64,000 bases of DNA from Squalus acanthias. Its lineage: Eukaryota. The notes beneath the pieces were generated by a model that worked only from the letters and a program-made list of their open reading frames with translations, had not been told where the DNA came from and ran no database searches. The stretch lies in the NCBI GenBank assembly GCA_030390025.1, contig CM059432.1, positions 61,754,001-61,818,000 on the forward strand. Direction: 5' to 3'. Each line of letters begins with the position of its first letter. Within the stretch, counting starts at the first letter, position 1. A program made the translations under genes and the position numbers. Shown here piece after piece: positions 1-12,411 of the stretch.

Positions 1-369
1 CGTGTTACACTCTTAATGGATTGGGGTACTTAGAACAGCATTTATAAGGTGTACCTGTTGCCAGGATCAGCTGAAACTGGCAGAAATGAGGACTTTTTAA
101 GCCTGGAGAGTACAGAAACTTTGTCTATGGATTACTGGAGCTTAAAAGAATTTTTGGAGTGGTTCTTTTTTGATTTTCATCTAGCCAGTGCTGGACTTGG
201 GATCTCCAGGCTAATTTTGCCCCCATCCATCGTGAGAGGTTCACTGGACTAAGTACGGAATTCCCAATGGACGTTCCTTTGTTAGCCATTATAATGGAGG
301 TGGAGGTGCAGCAGAAGAGTGTGGAAGAAAGGAGAGTGAGGTATTGGAGGATGTGCCCTTCAAGATATG

Positions 370-376
<7 letters not shown>

Positions 377-418
<42 letters not shown>
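377..418. repeat. (CA)n microsatellite
   Basis: Uninterrupted CA run of about 21 units. Confidence 0.97.
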
Positions 419-420
<2 letters not shown>

Positions 421-647
421 GAATTTACAGGCTACACCAATCCTTAGTAAGGTCCTCTGTGTTTGAGGAATTGTTTCATCATACGGGCTATAGGAGAACT
501 GCACCAGCTACTACATAAAGACCTGTGGCAATGTCTAATCTACCTGCCCAGTTCTGTCTATGGCTGTGAATGTCACGAGCTCACTCAACTTTTATGCCAC
601 CAGGCCATTTCAGGCAGCCATGGTGGATCCGCGCTATATCAGCCAGG

Positions 648-946
648 ATACCATTTGGGCACGCCTTCATCAGGTAACTGACACCATTTGGGCCGCCTTC
701 ATCAGGTAACTGATACCATTTGAGCACACCTTCATCAGGTAACTGATACCATTTGGGCACACCTTCATCAGGTAACTGATACCATTTGGGCACACCTTCA
801 TCAGGTAACTGATACCATTTGGGCACACCTTCATCAGGTAACTGATACCATTTGGGCCGCCTTCATCAGGTAACTGACACCATTTGGGCCGCCTTCATCA
901 GGTAACTGACACCATTTGGGCACACCTTCATCAGGTAACTGACACC
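648..946. repeat. Minisatellite, 32-33 bp unit, about 9 copies
   Basis: Unit ATACCATTTGGGCACACCTTCATCAGGTAACTG; CAGGTAACTGA recurs 9 times at 32-33 bp spacing with no spacers. Confidence 0.95.
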
Positions 947-1619
947 TTTGTCAGACTTGTGAATCTTACGAGCAGGTACAAAACAACTTCGGTGTTAATA
1001 GACCAAATTCGTAATTGTCATGGCAACCTAGGGAGCTTTAAACAGTAAGCATGATATTAAACAGGCTTCCTTTCAACATAGAGTAGAATATTGTTTATAA
1101 ATAAATGGTAAATACTGTAGTTTAGATTTTAAAATAATTAATGCAAAACATTATACTCTAGTTTTGCCATGACAGCAAACTTATTTAGATGCATGTGATG
1201 TAAGTTTTTCCAACAAATTAATAATGGTTTATTCTATTAGCTTTTATTCTTTATACTCCACTGTGTAGAAGATGAGAGGAACATTGAGTATCTTTTGATT
1301 GTAAGCATTGAACAATCTTTTTGTATTTATACAAAGATGCAGATGACACATATAAATGTGCTTCCATTAGGTGATAATAGGTGACCCACCTGAACTGTGC
1401 TAGGGTATTGATAGGCGGGTCTCTTTGATCATCCTATTCTATTCCCTGATACAGTACAGTTAGAGTCTTCTTTAGTATTTCTGTTGTTTTTTGAGTCCCT
1501 GACTTGTGTTTTGATATGCATCTTTTAGCATTCACTGACCAGCTCAAAATACTAACAGTCCATTGCCAGTGATATGTTGAAGGAAGTGAGTAGCTAACAG
1601 TCCTTCAAGGATTTTAACA

Positions 1620-2000
1620 TTGGGCTCAGTTGGTAAATGCATTCTGTGGTGTGGTACTCAGTTGTATAAACCAAGAATGTTTCAGGTTTGATCCCTAGTT
1701 ATTGATGCATTAAACTGATCTTGGGCAGGATACCAGTGTGGTGGTAAAATGGCCCTGTGTTCCCCAAGTCTGAGGAGAAAAATCAGACACTGGTTCCCGC
1801 TCCTGGTTGCTATTCAGTTACCCATACTGTTGGGAGAGGTCAAGATCGCTCGGTTGTGATGCCCTCAACAGTCAAACAGTCTGCTAATATGCACTGTCTA
1901 ATTTTTCATATGAGGAATGATCACTTGAAAAAGTACTGAAGGGCTGTTGGCACCCATGGAAATGTATCCCAATGTGCGACACTACCTTCAGGAGACAGGA
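1620..2000 (+). mobile_element. Possible old tRNA-derived SINE
   Basis: A-box-like TGGGCTCAGTTGG at 1621 and B-box-like GGTTTGATCCC at about 1685; degenerate, extent uncertain. Confidence 0.35.
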
Positions 2001-2203
2001 AAGGGGAAAGAAGAAGAAATCTAGGGGGTTATTTTTCAAGCATCTTAAAAGGCTACTCTCAATTGTCGTAACAGTCCTCTATTGTAATTGAATGGATGGC
2101 ATTTTGTCACACACTGTGATCTAATGGAGTTTAAACAATCCTAAACAGTTAAACTGCCTCCACAAAAATATTATTTCAAAATTAATATTTAATGTGCTTT
2201 GCT

Positions 2204-2961
2204 CGCCAGGATTTTGTGGTCAGCAGTGAAGTGATGGCGCTCACCGCTGACCTTGAACAAAGCCGCCCACAGAGATTTAACGATCTCTTTGACATGGATT
2301 TCATCTTTCCCGACGTTAATTTCATTCTGGCGCCCCCTAAAGGGGATCTCTGGTGTCCAGCAACAATGATGTCAACAAGCAGGCTAAGCAGCCAATCATA
2401 TTGATGAATTCTCACAGAGAGCAAACCAGGAAGTAAAAAAGCACTGATTATCCTTCACTTTTTAATCATTTTACAGAGAGCGAAATAAGATTGGGACATA
2501 CACATGGGGTTAAGGTAGAAGTTGAAATATCATAAACAAACTTAAAAATTATTTAAAAAATCTATGTAATCTTTTTCATAATGGAGAAATTTGACATTCC
2601 AAAAATATAAAATTAGTTTTTCAGTGTCAGAGAGGTTGTTCGGTAGCAATTATGACTTATTACACCGTTAAAAACCCAGTTACACTTCATTCAACGGGGC
2701 TTACTATTTTCGGGGGTTTTTACAGTGAGATTAGAGTGTAAAAAGCGGAAGTTGACATCAGGTAAATTGATTTCTAAGATTTACATCTGCGAGGACGTCA
2801 ACAGCGCACCCAGTGGAGGAGCGGGGAATCACTGACAGCAACTTCTGGATTTCCGTGTTTAATTGCGCATGTGCGGATGCCAGAAGTTGCTGTCAGTTTC
2901 ATAGGGTAATGACGGTGAATGCTGACAGTTTCACTGTCATTACAAACGCAAAATACGGGCC
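2204..2961 (-). mobile_element. Non-autonomous TIR element (MITE, PIF/Harbinger-like), family A copy 1
   Basis: Ends CGCCAGGATTTTG / CAAAATACGGGCC; the reverse complement of its right end aligns with the left end of 3259-3998 and 42546-43757. Confidence 0.75.
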
Positions 2962-3258
2962 AATGTTTCACCAAAAAAGTTGTGTGATAAAAAGGAGCAA
3001 CTGTAACATTAGAACTTTTCCTGCCTATAGTGGTGAACAGTGAAACTAAAAATTATCTTTTCATAAAGGATCATTTGAGTAGAATGTGCATAGAGAGTTC
3101 ATCTACAGAATATAATTTCTCTTAAGCTGTTCAACTATTTCTCACCTTTGCCCCCCTGCATTCTTATAGATGAAACAATTTTACTTGGTACAAAAGCTCA
3201 GACGAAAATTTGGTATTTTGATCCTGTATTTTTCTAGCAAAGCTTGTTTAAAGAAAAT

Positions 3259-3998
3259 GGCCTGAATTTTGCTGTACTAATAAAGGCGAGGCTGTCAGTG
3301 CTCATCCTTATTACTGGGGTTATTACTGGGTTAAACAGCAACTTCCGGCGTCCACACTGACGCAGTTAAACTTGCTGTCAGTGATAACCTGCTCCTCCAC
3401 AGGTTGCGCTGTTGCAGTCTTCGCCAATGGAATCGGCACAGAAATCAAGTTAAGGCATGAATTTAGGCTAAATACCCACTATTATCGCACTAAAGACCAA
3501 TGAAATTTTTAAGCCTTGTTCAGTCAGGAGTAACTGAGTTTTTAACAACATACTAAGTCATAATTACTGCTGAACAACCTCACTGGCCATCAAAAATTAA
3601 TTTTTGTAAGTGTGGAGTCTCATTCCCTCAGAAGAAAATTAATGTTGCAGATTTTACAATTTTTAATATAGTTTTTGTGTTTTGCTCTCATGCCTTTCCC
3701 TCAATCCCATGTGTATGACCCAATCTTTATTTTGCTTCCTGTACAATGATTTAAATTTAATTTGTATTTACTGTTTTTTACTTCCTGCTTTGCCGTCTGT
3801 GAGGATTCTTCAATCTGATTGGTTGAACAGCTTGCCTGCTGCTTGACCTGCTCACAGATTTCACAGATCGCCTGTAGAGGGCACCAAATTCAAACAGAGT
3901 AGAAATCTCCACTGATAAGCCCGCTAAAAGTCCGGACAACTGTACGCGCGGTGAACGACAAAAGCCGTTCCTTTGCTGCTCACAGCAAAATCTGGGCC
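3259..3998 (+). mobile_element. MITE family A copy 2 (PIF/Harbinger-like)
   Basis: TIRs GGCCTGAATTTTGCTGT / ACAGCAAAATCTGGGCC; 3-bp TSD AAT (3256-3258, 3999-4001). Confidence 0.8.
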
Positions 3999-4244
3999 AA
4001 TCAGTTTCAGAATGTAGATGAAATGGAAAAGATATTTTAATTATTTAGTTAACCATTAAATCTACTGCACTATGCTGCTTAAATCGTAACTGTAACATCG
4101 GAAACTCATCCTTACTCCACTTCAGTAACTCTAAGAAAAGGAGATTTGTCCTTGAATATATATTGGATTTAAACATGAATGGCATGTTCTACAGTTAATT
4201 ACCTGTATTTTCTTACAAATTGTTTTGCTTTTGTTGCTGCACAG

Positions 4245-4256
4245 AAATGAGTATGG
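4245..4256 (+). CDS. DTNA: Candidate DTNA 12-nt microexon (phase 2-2, adds N-E-Y-G), positional equivalent of the mammalian vr2 'DTW' microexon
   Basis: Pyrimidine tract TTGTTTTGCTTTTGTTGCTGCACAG|AAATGAGTATGG|GTAAGC; frame-preserving, no stop, phase fits the exon at 24134. Confidence 0.6.
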
Positions 4257-4908
4257 GTAAGCATTGTTTTTAATATTTATTTAAGTACTTTATAGTATGT
4301 TCAAAATCTGAAATATACAATAACCAACATTAGTGTAGAGTAAAGAAATAACTAATCACTAATCAGACTAAACCTGAAATAATGTAACTCATTGGTTGTC
4401 TATCAAATCCTTCAGACATGTAGGGCAGTTATTGTGGTTAGTCACTTATATAATCAATACATTCTGATTTAAAAAGCAAAAGCTACAGATTACAAAAACA
4501 TTTTAGATTTTGCACAAAATGTGCAGTTTATTTTGATACACAACCCAAAAAATCATTGAAGCAAACTTCAATGCTTTTATACTAAAAGGTAGTATGAAGA
4601 TAGTAACATCTTTAATTGTTGGCTAACCATGATTATTCTGAATTTAAAAGATTCTGCAGCTCCATTGTGCTATATATGTAATTTTCTGTTTGTTCTAATT
4701 TCCACATTTGAATCAAAATATACAGTGTAAACCTTGCAATTAGATTCACTACCTGGCAAAAAGCTTTTGATTTAAAAAATTTTAAGAACTGTATTATAAT
4801 TTTTGTTGTGTGATCTTGATAGAAGTCTGAAACATTTGCTCCCTTTCCTTCCTGAAAAATAACATGGTATCAGGTCACTTTCCACATATATCAATGACAC
4901 CCATTTCC

Positions 4909-6057
4909 TAGAATCATAGAATGATACAGCACAGAAGGAGGACATTCATCTCATCGTGCCTGTGCTGGCTCTTTGATAGAGCTATACAATTAATTCCACT
5001 CCCCTGCTCTTTCCCTATAGCCCTGTAATTTATTTCCCTTCGAGTATTTATCCAATTCTCTTTTGACTGTTACTATTGAATCTGCTTCCACCACCCTTTC
5101 AGGCAGTGCATTCCAGATTACAACAACTCGCTGTGTAAAAAAATGTTTCCTCATGTCGCCTCTGGTTCTTTTGCCAATCACCTTAAATCTGTGTCCTCTG
5201 GTTACCAACCTTGGCCACTGAAAACAGTTTCTCCTTATTTACCCTTATCAAAACCATTCAGGATTTTGAACAACTCTATCAAATCTCCTCTTAACCTTCT
5301 CTGCTCTAAGGAGAACAACCCCAGTTTTTCCACCTAACTGAAGTTCCTCATCCCTGGTGCCATTCTTGTAAATCTCTTCTGTACCCTCTCTAAGGCCTTG
5401 ACATCCTTCCTAAGGTGTGGTACCCAGCATTGAACACAATATTCTAGCTGAGGTCTAACCAGTGTACTATAAAGGTTTAGCATAACTTCCTTGCTTTTGT
5501 ACTCTATTCCTCTATTAATAAAGCCAAGGATCCCATATGCTTTTTTAACAGCCTTCTCAACTTGTCCTGCCACCTTAAAAAAAAACGTGTGTATGTACAC
5601 TCCCAGGTCGCTCGATTCATGCACCCCCTTTAAAATTGTACCATTTATTTAATATTGCCTCTCCTCATTCTTCCTATCATAATATATCACTTCACACTTC
5701 TCTGCATTAAAGTTCATCAGCTATGTGTCTGCCAATTTTACCAGTCATTCTATGTCCTCCTGAAGTCTGTTACTATCCTCTTCATTGTTTACAACATTTC
5801 TGAGTTTCGTATCATCTGCAAACTGTATACCCAAGTCCAGATCCTTAATATATATCAAAAAGAGCAGTGATCCTAATACCAACCCCTGGGGAACACCACT
5901 GTATACTTCCCTCCAGTCTGAAAAACAACTGTTCACCACTACTCTCTGCTTTCTGTCCCTTAGCCAATTTTGTATCCATGCTGCCACTGTCCCGTTAATC
6001 CTATGGGCTTTAATTTTGCTATCAAGTCTATTATGTGGTACTTTGTCAAACACCTTT
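4909..6057 (-). mobile_element. CR1 LINE 3' part (degenerate RT and C-terminus), interrupted by L2
   Basis: KVFDKVPH, GVPQG, FADDTK, LVRPQLEYCVQ, FFTQRVV motifs in ORFs 5745-6074, 5334-5624, 4990-5208; CR1-type tail at 4909. Confidence 0.92.
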
Positions 6058-8995
6058 CTCAGGGTCCCAGACACAGGGTCCCAGCGCTGACCCTGTGGAC
6101 ACTGGCAGTGGGTTTGCCATCACCGACTCTCTCCCCATCTCCCTCCAGAATGTCCAGTCACTTGCGAATAAGGCCGTTGCCATCCAAGAGCTTATCGTGG
6201 ATGATTGCATCGATATCATGGCCCTGACGGAAACTTGGTTGATGACAGCTCACCCTTAAATGAAGCCTCCCCGCCCAGACCGCCATGGTGGTGGTGTGGC
6301 TCTCATCACCAAATCAAACCTTAGTCTGACCCCATCTCCTCTGGCACTTTCTCCTCCTTTGAGCATCTCACCTTATTCCACACCCTCACCTCTCATTCTC
6401 GTTCTCTACCGCCCACCCAAGTACCATAAAAATGTTGTTATCGCGATATCTTCACTGCTTTCCTCCCTTAGCCTCTTCTCATCCTCGATGATTTCAACCT
6501 CCATCTCAATTCATCATGCTCTCTCTCCTCTGAGTTCACGAGCCTCCAATCCTCCCTTAATCTCTCCCTCCATGTAAACTCCCCAACCCATATTCACGGC
6601 CACCCCCTCGACCTTGCCATCTCTCGTGGCCTTGCTACTCCCATCGTGTCAATTGCAGATAAGGCCATTTCTGACCACTTCCTCATATCGCTCTCCACCT
6701 ACATCCGCTTTCCGCCCCCACCCAACCCTACTTCCTTCTGTGTCCGCCACTTGAAAAAACTCTCTCCCAACTCTCTTACAACTGCACTTACGAAATCCCA
6801 AATGTCCAGCCTTTGGCCCTCCACTCACCACGACATTTCTGCAGCTACTGATCTGCTGCACCACACCCTCACCACCACCTTCGATGCCCTAGTCCCTATT
6901 AAAACAATTACTCTCTCTCACCCTGGTCGTTCCCCCTGGTCACGGCCCTCATCTTCACTCCCTTAAGTCACAGGGACGCAGACTTGAACGGATATGGCAG
7001 ACAACTGGTTTAGCCATTCACCGCCAGATCTGGCTGGACCACATAAAGCATTTTCGGATCCTGCTCTTGTCTGCCAAAATTGTTCACTATTCCAGAATCA
7101 TCCTGTAATGCAAAGATAACGCCCGGCTCCTATTCGCCACTGCTAACCGTCTTCTTAAACCTCTCTCCCCTGTCTCCTCCACCCTCACCTCTGACAACAA
7201 GTGTAAGGAGCTCATGGACTTCATTGTCTCTAAGATTAAGACCATCCGTTCAGATGCCTCTGCCACTTCCCTTTCTTCCCCTAGCCCACCAGGCCAAACT
7301 TCCTCTAAGGCTCCCCCCTGCTCTAGCCCTGAACTCACACCTTTCTCCAGTTTCTCTCTGAACTCCCCTCATGATCTCTCCGCACTCATCTTGTCCATGA
7401 GACCCACTCCCTGCTCCCTTGACCATATTCCCACTAAACTGCTGACCACCCAACTTCCTTTTCTGGCTCTGATGTTAGCTGACATTCTTAACGGTTCTCT
7501 CTCCTCAAGTACTGTCCCCCTCTCCCTCAAGTCTGTCATCATCACCCCTCTCAAAAAAACAACCCTTGACCCCTCCGTCCATGCAAACTACTGGCCCATC
7601 TCCAACCTCCCTTTCCTCTCCAAAGTCCTTGAACGTGTTGTCGCCTCCCAATTCCGTGCCCATCTTTCCCGCACTTCCATGTTTGAATCCCCCCAATCAA
7701 GTTTCCGCCCCTGCCACAGTACCGAAACAGCTCTCATCAAGGTCACAAATGACATCCTTTGTGACTGTGACAAAGGTAAACTATCCCTCCTCGTCCTTCT
7801 TGACTTGTCTGCAACCTTTGACACAGTTGACCACTCCATCCTTCTCCAACACCTCTTCACCGTCGTCCAGCTGGGTGGGACTCCCCTTGCCTAGTCCCAT
7901 TCTTATCTATCTAATTGTAGCCAGAGAATCAACTGCAATGGCTTCTCTTCCCACTCTCGCATTGTTACCTCTGGTGTCCCCCAAGGATCTATCCTTGGCC
8001 CCCAACTATTTTTCATCTACATGCTGCCCCTTGCTTTCCACATGTACGCTGACGACACCCAGCTCTACCTCACCACCACTTCTCTCGACCCCTCCACAGT
8101 CTCTAAATTGTCAGACTGCTTGTCCGACATCCAGTTCTGGATGAGCAGAAATTTTATCCAATTAAATATTGGGAAGACCAAAGCCATTGTTTTTGGTCCC
8201 CGCCACAAACTCCGTTCCCTAGCCACCGACTCCATTCCTCTCCCTAGCATCTTTCTGAGGCTGAACCACACTGTTCGCAACCTTGGTGTCATATTTGACC
8301 CTGAAATGAGCTTCCGACCACATATCCACAGCATAAGTAAGACTGCCTACTTCCACCTCCTTAACATCGCCCGTCTCCGCCCTTGCCTCAGCTCATCCAC
8401 TGCTGAAACCCTCATCACTGCCTTTGTTACCTCTAGACTGACTATTCCAATGCACTCCTGGCTGGCCTCCCACATTCTACCCTATGTAAACTTGAGGTCA
8501 CCCAAAACTCGGCTGCCCATGTTCTAGCTCGCACCAAGTCCCGTTCACCCATCACCCCTGTGCTCGCTGATACATTGGCTCCCATTTAAGCAGCGCCTCG
8601 ATTTCAAAATTCTCATCCTTGTTTTCAAATCCCTCCTTGGCCTCGCCCCTCCCTATCTCTGTAATCTCCTTCAGCCCCACAACCCCCTGAGATATCTGCG
8701 CTCCTCTAATTCTGCCGGCTTGAGCATCCCTGATTATAATCGCTCAACCATTGGTGGCCGTGCCTTCTGTTACCTAGGCCCTAAGCTCTGGAATTCCCTG
8801 CCTAAACCTCTCCGCCTCTCTACCTCTCTTTCCTCCTTTAAGATGCTCCTTAAAACCTACCTCTTTGACCTGCCCTAATTTCTCCTTATGTGGCTTGGTG
8901 TCAATTTTTTGTCTTATAATACTCCTGTGAAGCGCCTTGGGACATTTTACTACTTTAAAGGCGCTATATAAATACAAGTTGTTGTTGTTGTTGTT
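6058..8995 (+). mobile_element. L2-clade LINE (APE endonuclease + RT, frameshifted), inserted into CR1
   Basis: LQNVQSLANK and LTETWL endonuclease motifs, LLDLSATFDTVDH, GVPQGSILGP, YADDTQLY; 3' tail GGCGCTATATAAATACAA(GTT)n. Confidence 0.92.
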
Positions 8996-9365
8996 TGAAA
9001 GTCCCGATACCCAACATCAACACACTACTCTCATCAACCCTCTATGCTACTTCATCAAAGAACTCGATCAAGTTAGTCAAACATGATTTGCCTTTAATAA
9101 ATCCATGCTAACTTTCATTTGTTAGCCCATACTTTTCCAAATGCCAATTAATTTTGTCCCGTATTATTGTCCCTAAGAAATGTTCCCACCACCAACATTA
9201 TGCTGACTGGACTGTAGTTGCCAGGTTTATTCCTTTCACCTTTTTTAAACAGGGGCGTAACATTTGCAATCCTCCAGTCCTCTAGCAGCACTGGAGGATT
9301 GGAAGATTGTGGCCAGAGCCTCTGCCCTTCCCTCAGTAGCCTAGGATGCATTCCATCCGGACTTT
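8996..9365 (-). mobile_element. Continuation of the CR1 at 4909-6057
   Basis: Resumes at the DFQ/KVFDK junction (TTGAAAGTCC); DWRIANVTPLFKKG...PGNYSPVS in ORF 9148-9351. Confidence 0.85.
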
Positions 9366-9387
9366 TTTACTTGTAAGGACTATCTCA

Positions 9388-12018
9388 GGAACGGTAGCAT
9401 TGTGGTTATGTTACTGGACTAGTAATCCAGAGGCCTAGACTAATAATCCAGTGACGTGAGTTCAAATCCTACCACACCAGCTATGGAATTTAAATTCAGT
9501 TAATTAAATAAATCTGGAATAAAAAGCTAGTATCAGTAAAGGTGACCATGAAACTACCGGATTGTTGTAAAAACCCATCTGGTTCACTAATGTCCTTTAG
9601 GGAAGGAAATCTGCCATCCTTACCTGACTCCAGACCCACAGCAATATGGTTGACTCTTAACTGCCCTCTGAAATGGTCTCAGTTACAACAAATCACTAGG
9701 AAAACCAATAAGAATAAAACCGGATGGATTGACCTAGGCACCGGATTCAGACACGGCAAAGGCACACCCAGCCCAGTCAACCCTGCAAAGTCCTCCTCAC
9801 TAACATCTGGAGACTTTTGTCAAAATTTGAAGAGCTGTCCCACAAGCCTGACATAGTTATACTCGCAATCATATCTTTCAGCCAACGTCCCGGACTCCTC
9901 CATCACTATCCCTGGGTATGCCCTGTCCCACCAGCAGGACAAACCCACCAGGGGTGGCGGCACAGTGGTATACAGTCGGGAAGGAGTAGCCCTGGGAGTC
10001 CTCACCATTGACTCCGGACCCCATGAAGTCTCATAGCATCAGGTCAAACATGGGCAAGGAAACCTCCTGCTGACGACAGCCCTCCCTCAGTTGATGAATC
10101 AGTATGCCTCCATGTTAAACACCACTTAGAAGAAGCACTGAGGGTAGCAAGGACACAGATTGTCTTCTCGGATGGGAACTTCAATGTCCATCACCAAGAG
10201 TGGTTCAGTCGCACCACTACTGACCTTGCTGGCCAAGTCCTGAAGGAAATAACTGACAGTCTGGGTCTGCGACAGGTGGTGAGAGAACCAACATGAGGGG
10301 AAAAACCTACTTGACCTCATCCTCACCAATCTACTTGTTGCAGATGCATCTGTCCATGACAGTATTGGTAGGAGTGACCACTGCACAGTCCTTGTGGAGA
10401 CGATGTCCCATCTTCACACTGAGGACACCCTCCATCGTATTGTGTGGCACTACCACCGTACTAAATAGGATAGGTTCAGAACAGATCTAGCAGCTCAAAA
10501 CATCCTGGCTTTAGCGCTGAAGACTTGTGCTCCAGAACTTGCTATGCCTCCAGCCAAGTTGTTCCAGTACAGCTACAACACTGGCATCTACCCGACAATG
10601 TGGAAAATTGCCTATTTATGTCCAATCCACAAAAAGCAGGAGAAATCCAAACCGGCCAATTACCGCCCCATCAGCCTACTATGAATCATCAGCTATGGAT
10701 GGTGTCGTCGCCAGTGCTATTAATCGGCACTTGCTCACCAATAACCTGCTCACCAATGCTCAGTTTGGGTTCCGCTAGGACCACTCAGCTCCAGACCTCA
10801 TTACAGCCGTGGTCCAAACATGGACAAAAGAGCTGAATTCCAGAGGTGAGGTGAGAGTGACTGCCCTTGACATCAAGGCAGCATTTGACTGAGTGTGGCA
10901 TCAAGGAGCCCTAGTAAAATTGAAGTCAGTGGGAATCGGGGATAACTCACCACTGGCTGGAGCCATACTGAGCACAAAGGAAGATGGTTGTGGTGATTGA
11001 AGGTCAATCATCTCAGCATAAGGACATCGCTGCAGGAGTTCCTCAGGGCAGTGTCCTAGGCCCAACCATCTTCAGTTGCTTCATCAACGACTTTCCTTCC
11101 ATCATAAGGTCAGAAGTGGGGATGTTCGCTGATGACTGCAAAGTGTTTATTTCCATTTGCAACTCTTCAGATAATGAAGCAGTCTGTGCTGCCATGAAGC
11201 AAGACATGGACAACATTCAGGTTTGGGCTGATGAGTGGCAAGTAACATCCGCGCTACACAAGGGCCAGGCAATGACTATCTCCAACAAGAGAGAGTGTAA
11301 CCACCGCCCTTGACATTCAGCAGGATTACCACCACCATCAACATTCTGGGGGTCACCATTGACCAGAAACTTAACTGGACCAGCCACATCAATACTGTGG
11401 CTACAAGAGCAGGTCAGAGGCTGGGTATTCTGTGGTGATTGACTCTCCTCCTGACTCCCCAAAGCCTTTCCGCCATCTACAAGGCACAAGTAAGGAGTGT
11501 AATGGAAATTCTCCACTTGCCTGGATGAGTGCAGCTCCAACAACACTCAAGAAGCTCGACACCATCCAGGACAAAGCAGCCCGCTTGATTGACACCCCAT
11601 CCACCACCTTAAACATTCACTCCCTCCACCACCGGTGCACCGTGGCTGCAGTGTGCACCATCTACAAGATGCACTGCAGCAACTCACCAAGGCTTCTTCG
11701 GCAGCACCTCCCAAACCCGCAACCTCTACCACCTAGAAGGACAAGGGCAGCAGGTGCATGGGAACACCACCGCCTCCAAGTTGCCCTCCAAGTCACACGC
11801 CATCCTGACTTGGAAATATATCGCCATTCCTTTATTGTTGTTGGGCCAATGTCCTGGAATGGCCTAATTAACAGCACTATGGGAGTACCTTCACATCACG
11901 GACTGCAGTGGTTCAAGAAGGCAGCTCACCACCACCTTCTTGAGGGCAATTCGGGATGGGCAATAAATGCTGGCCTTTGCCAGTGACGCCCACATCCCAT
12001 GAATGAACAAAAAAAAAA
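9388..12018 (+). mobile_element. LINE (CR1-group, EN+RT, degenerate) with tRNA-like 5' head and no visible ORF1
   Basis: A box TAGCATTGTGG 9395-9405, B box GAGTTCAAATCC 9458-9469; endonuclease motifs (GNFNV, LDLILTN, SDH), RT motifs ALDIKAAFD, GVPQGSVLGP, FADD; 3' end CATCCCATGAATGAAC followed by an A-run. Confidence 0.85.
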
Positions 12019-12374
12019 ATTCAACCGCGGAAATACATACAGAGCCAGCGTACTATAGGTCAGACGGTACTATTCTCGCATTGCCCCAGTTTTGGTCAGT
12101 TTTATAAATGATCAGAAAATCTGGTCCATTGAATCAGTTGTGTGTATGTGCAAGTGCATGAAATTTCTGTCCATTCTCTGCCTGTCCACTAGATGGGGTC
12201 TTTCACCATTGAAAAATTTATGATGTTCATATTTTCTGCCTCCCTTTCCATGGAGTGAGGTGGACATTATAAAATTGGATAGCAAAATACTGCGGATGCT
12301 GGAAATACGAAATAACAACAGAAAACGCTGGAAAAACTCAGCAGGCCAGGCAGCATCCGTGGAGAGAGAAACAG

Positions 12375-12411
12375 AGTTAACGTTTCAGGTCGAAGACCTT
12401 TCGTCAGAACT
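12375..12411 (-). ncRNA. Minimal hammerhead ribozyme motif in PLE terminus
   Basis: Reverse complement reads AGTT-CTGACGA-A-AGGTC-TTC-GACCT-GAAA-CGTT-AACT. Confidence 0.75.

Noticed and set aside
49..681. Short overlapping ORFs at the window start
   Set aside because: Driven by the CA microsatellite and chance; no recognisable domain or upstream DTNA exon.
648..946. CRISPR-like array (about 33-bp repeats)
   Set aside because: Units are contiguous with no unique spacers, no cas genes, and the context is vertebrate.
9393..9475. Functional tRNA gene
   Set aside because: Internal duplication disrupts the cloverleaf; it is the head of a repeated retroelement.
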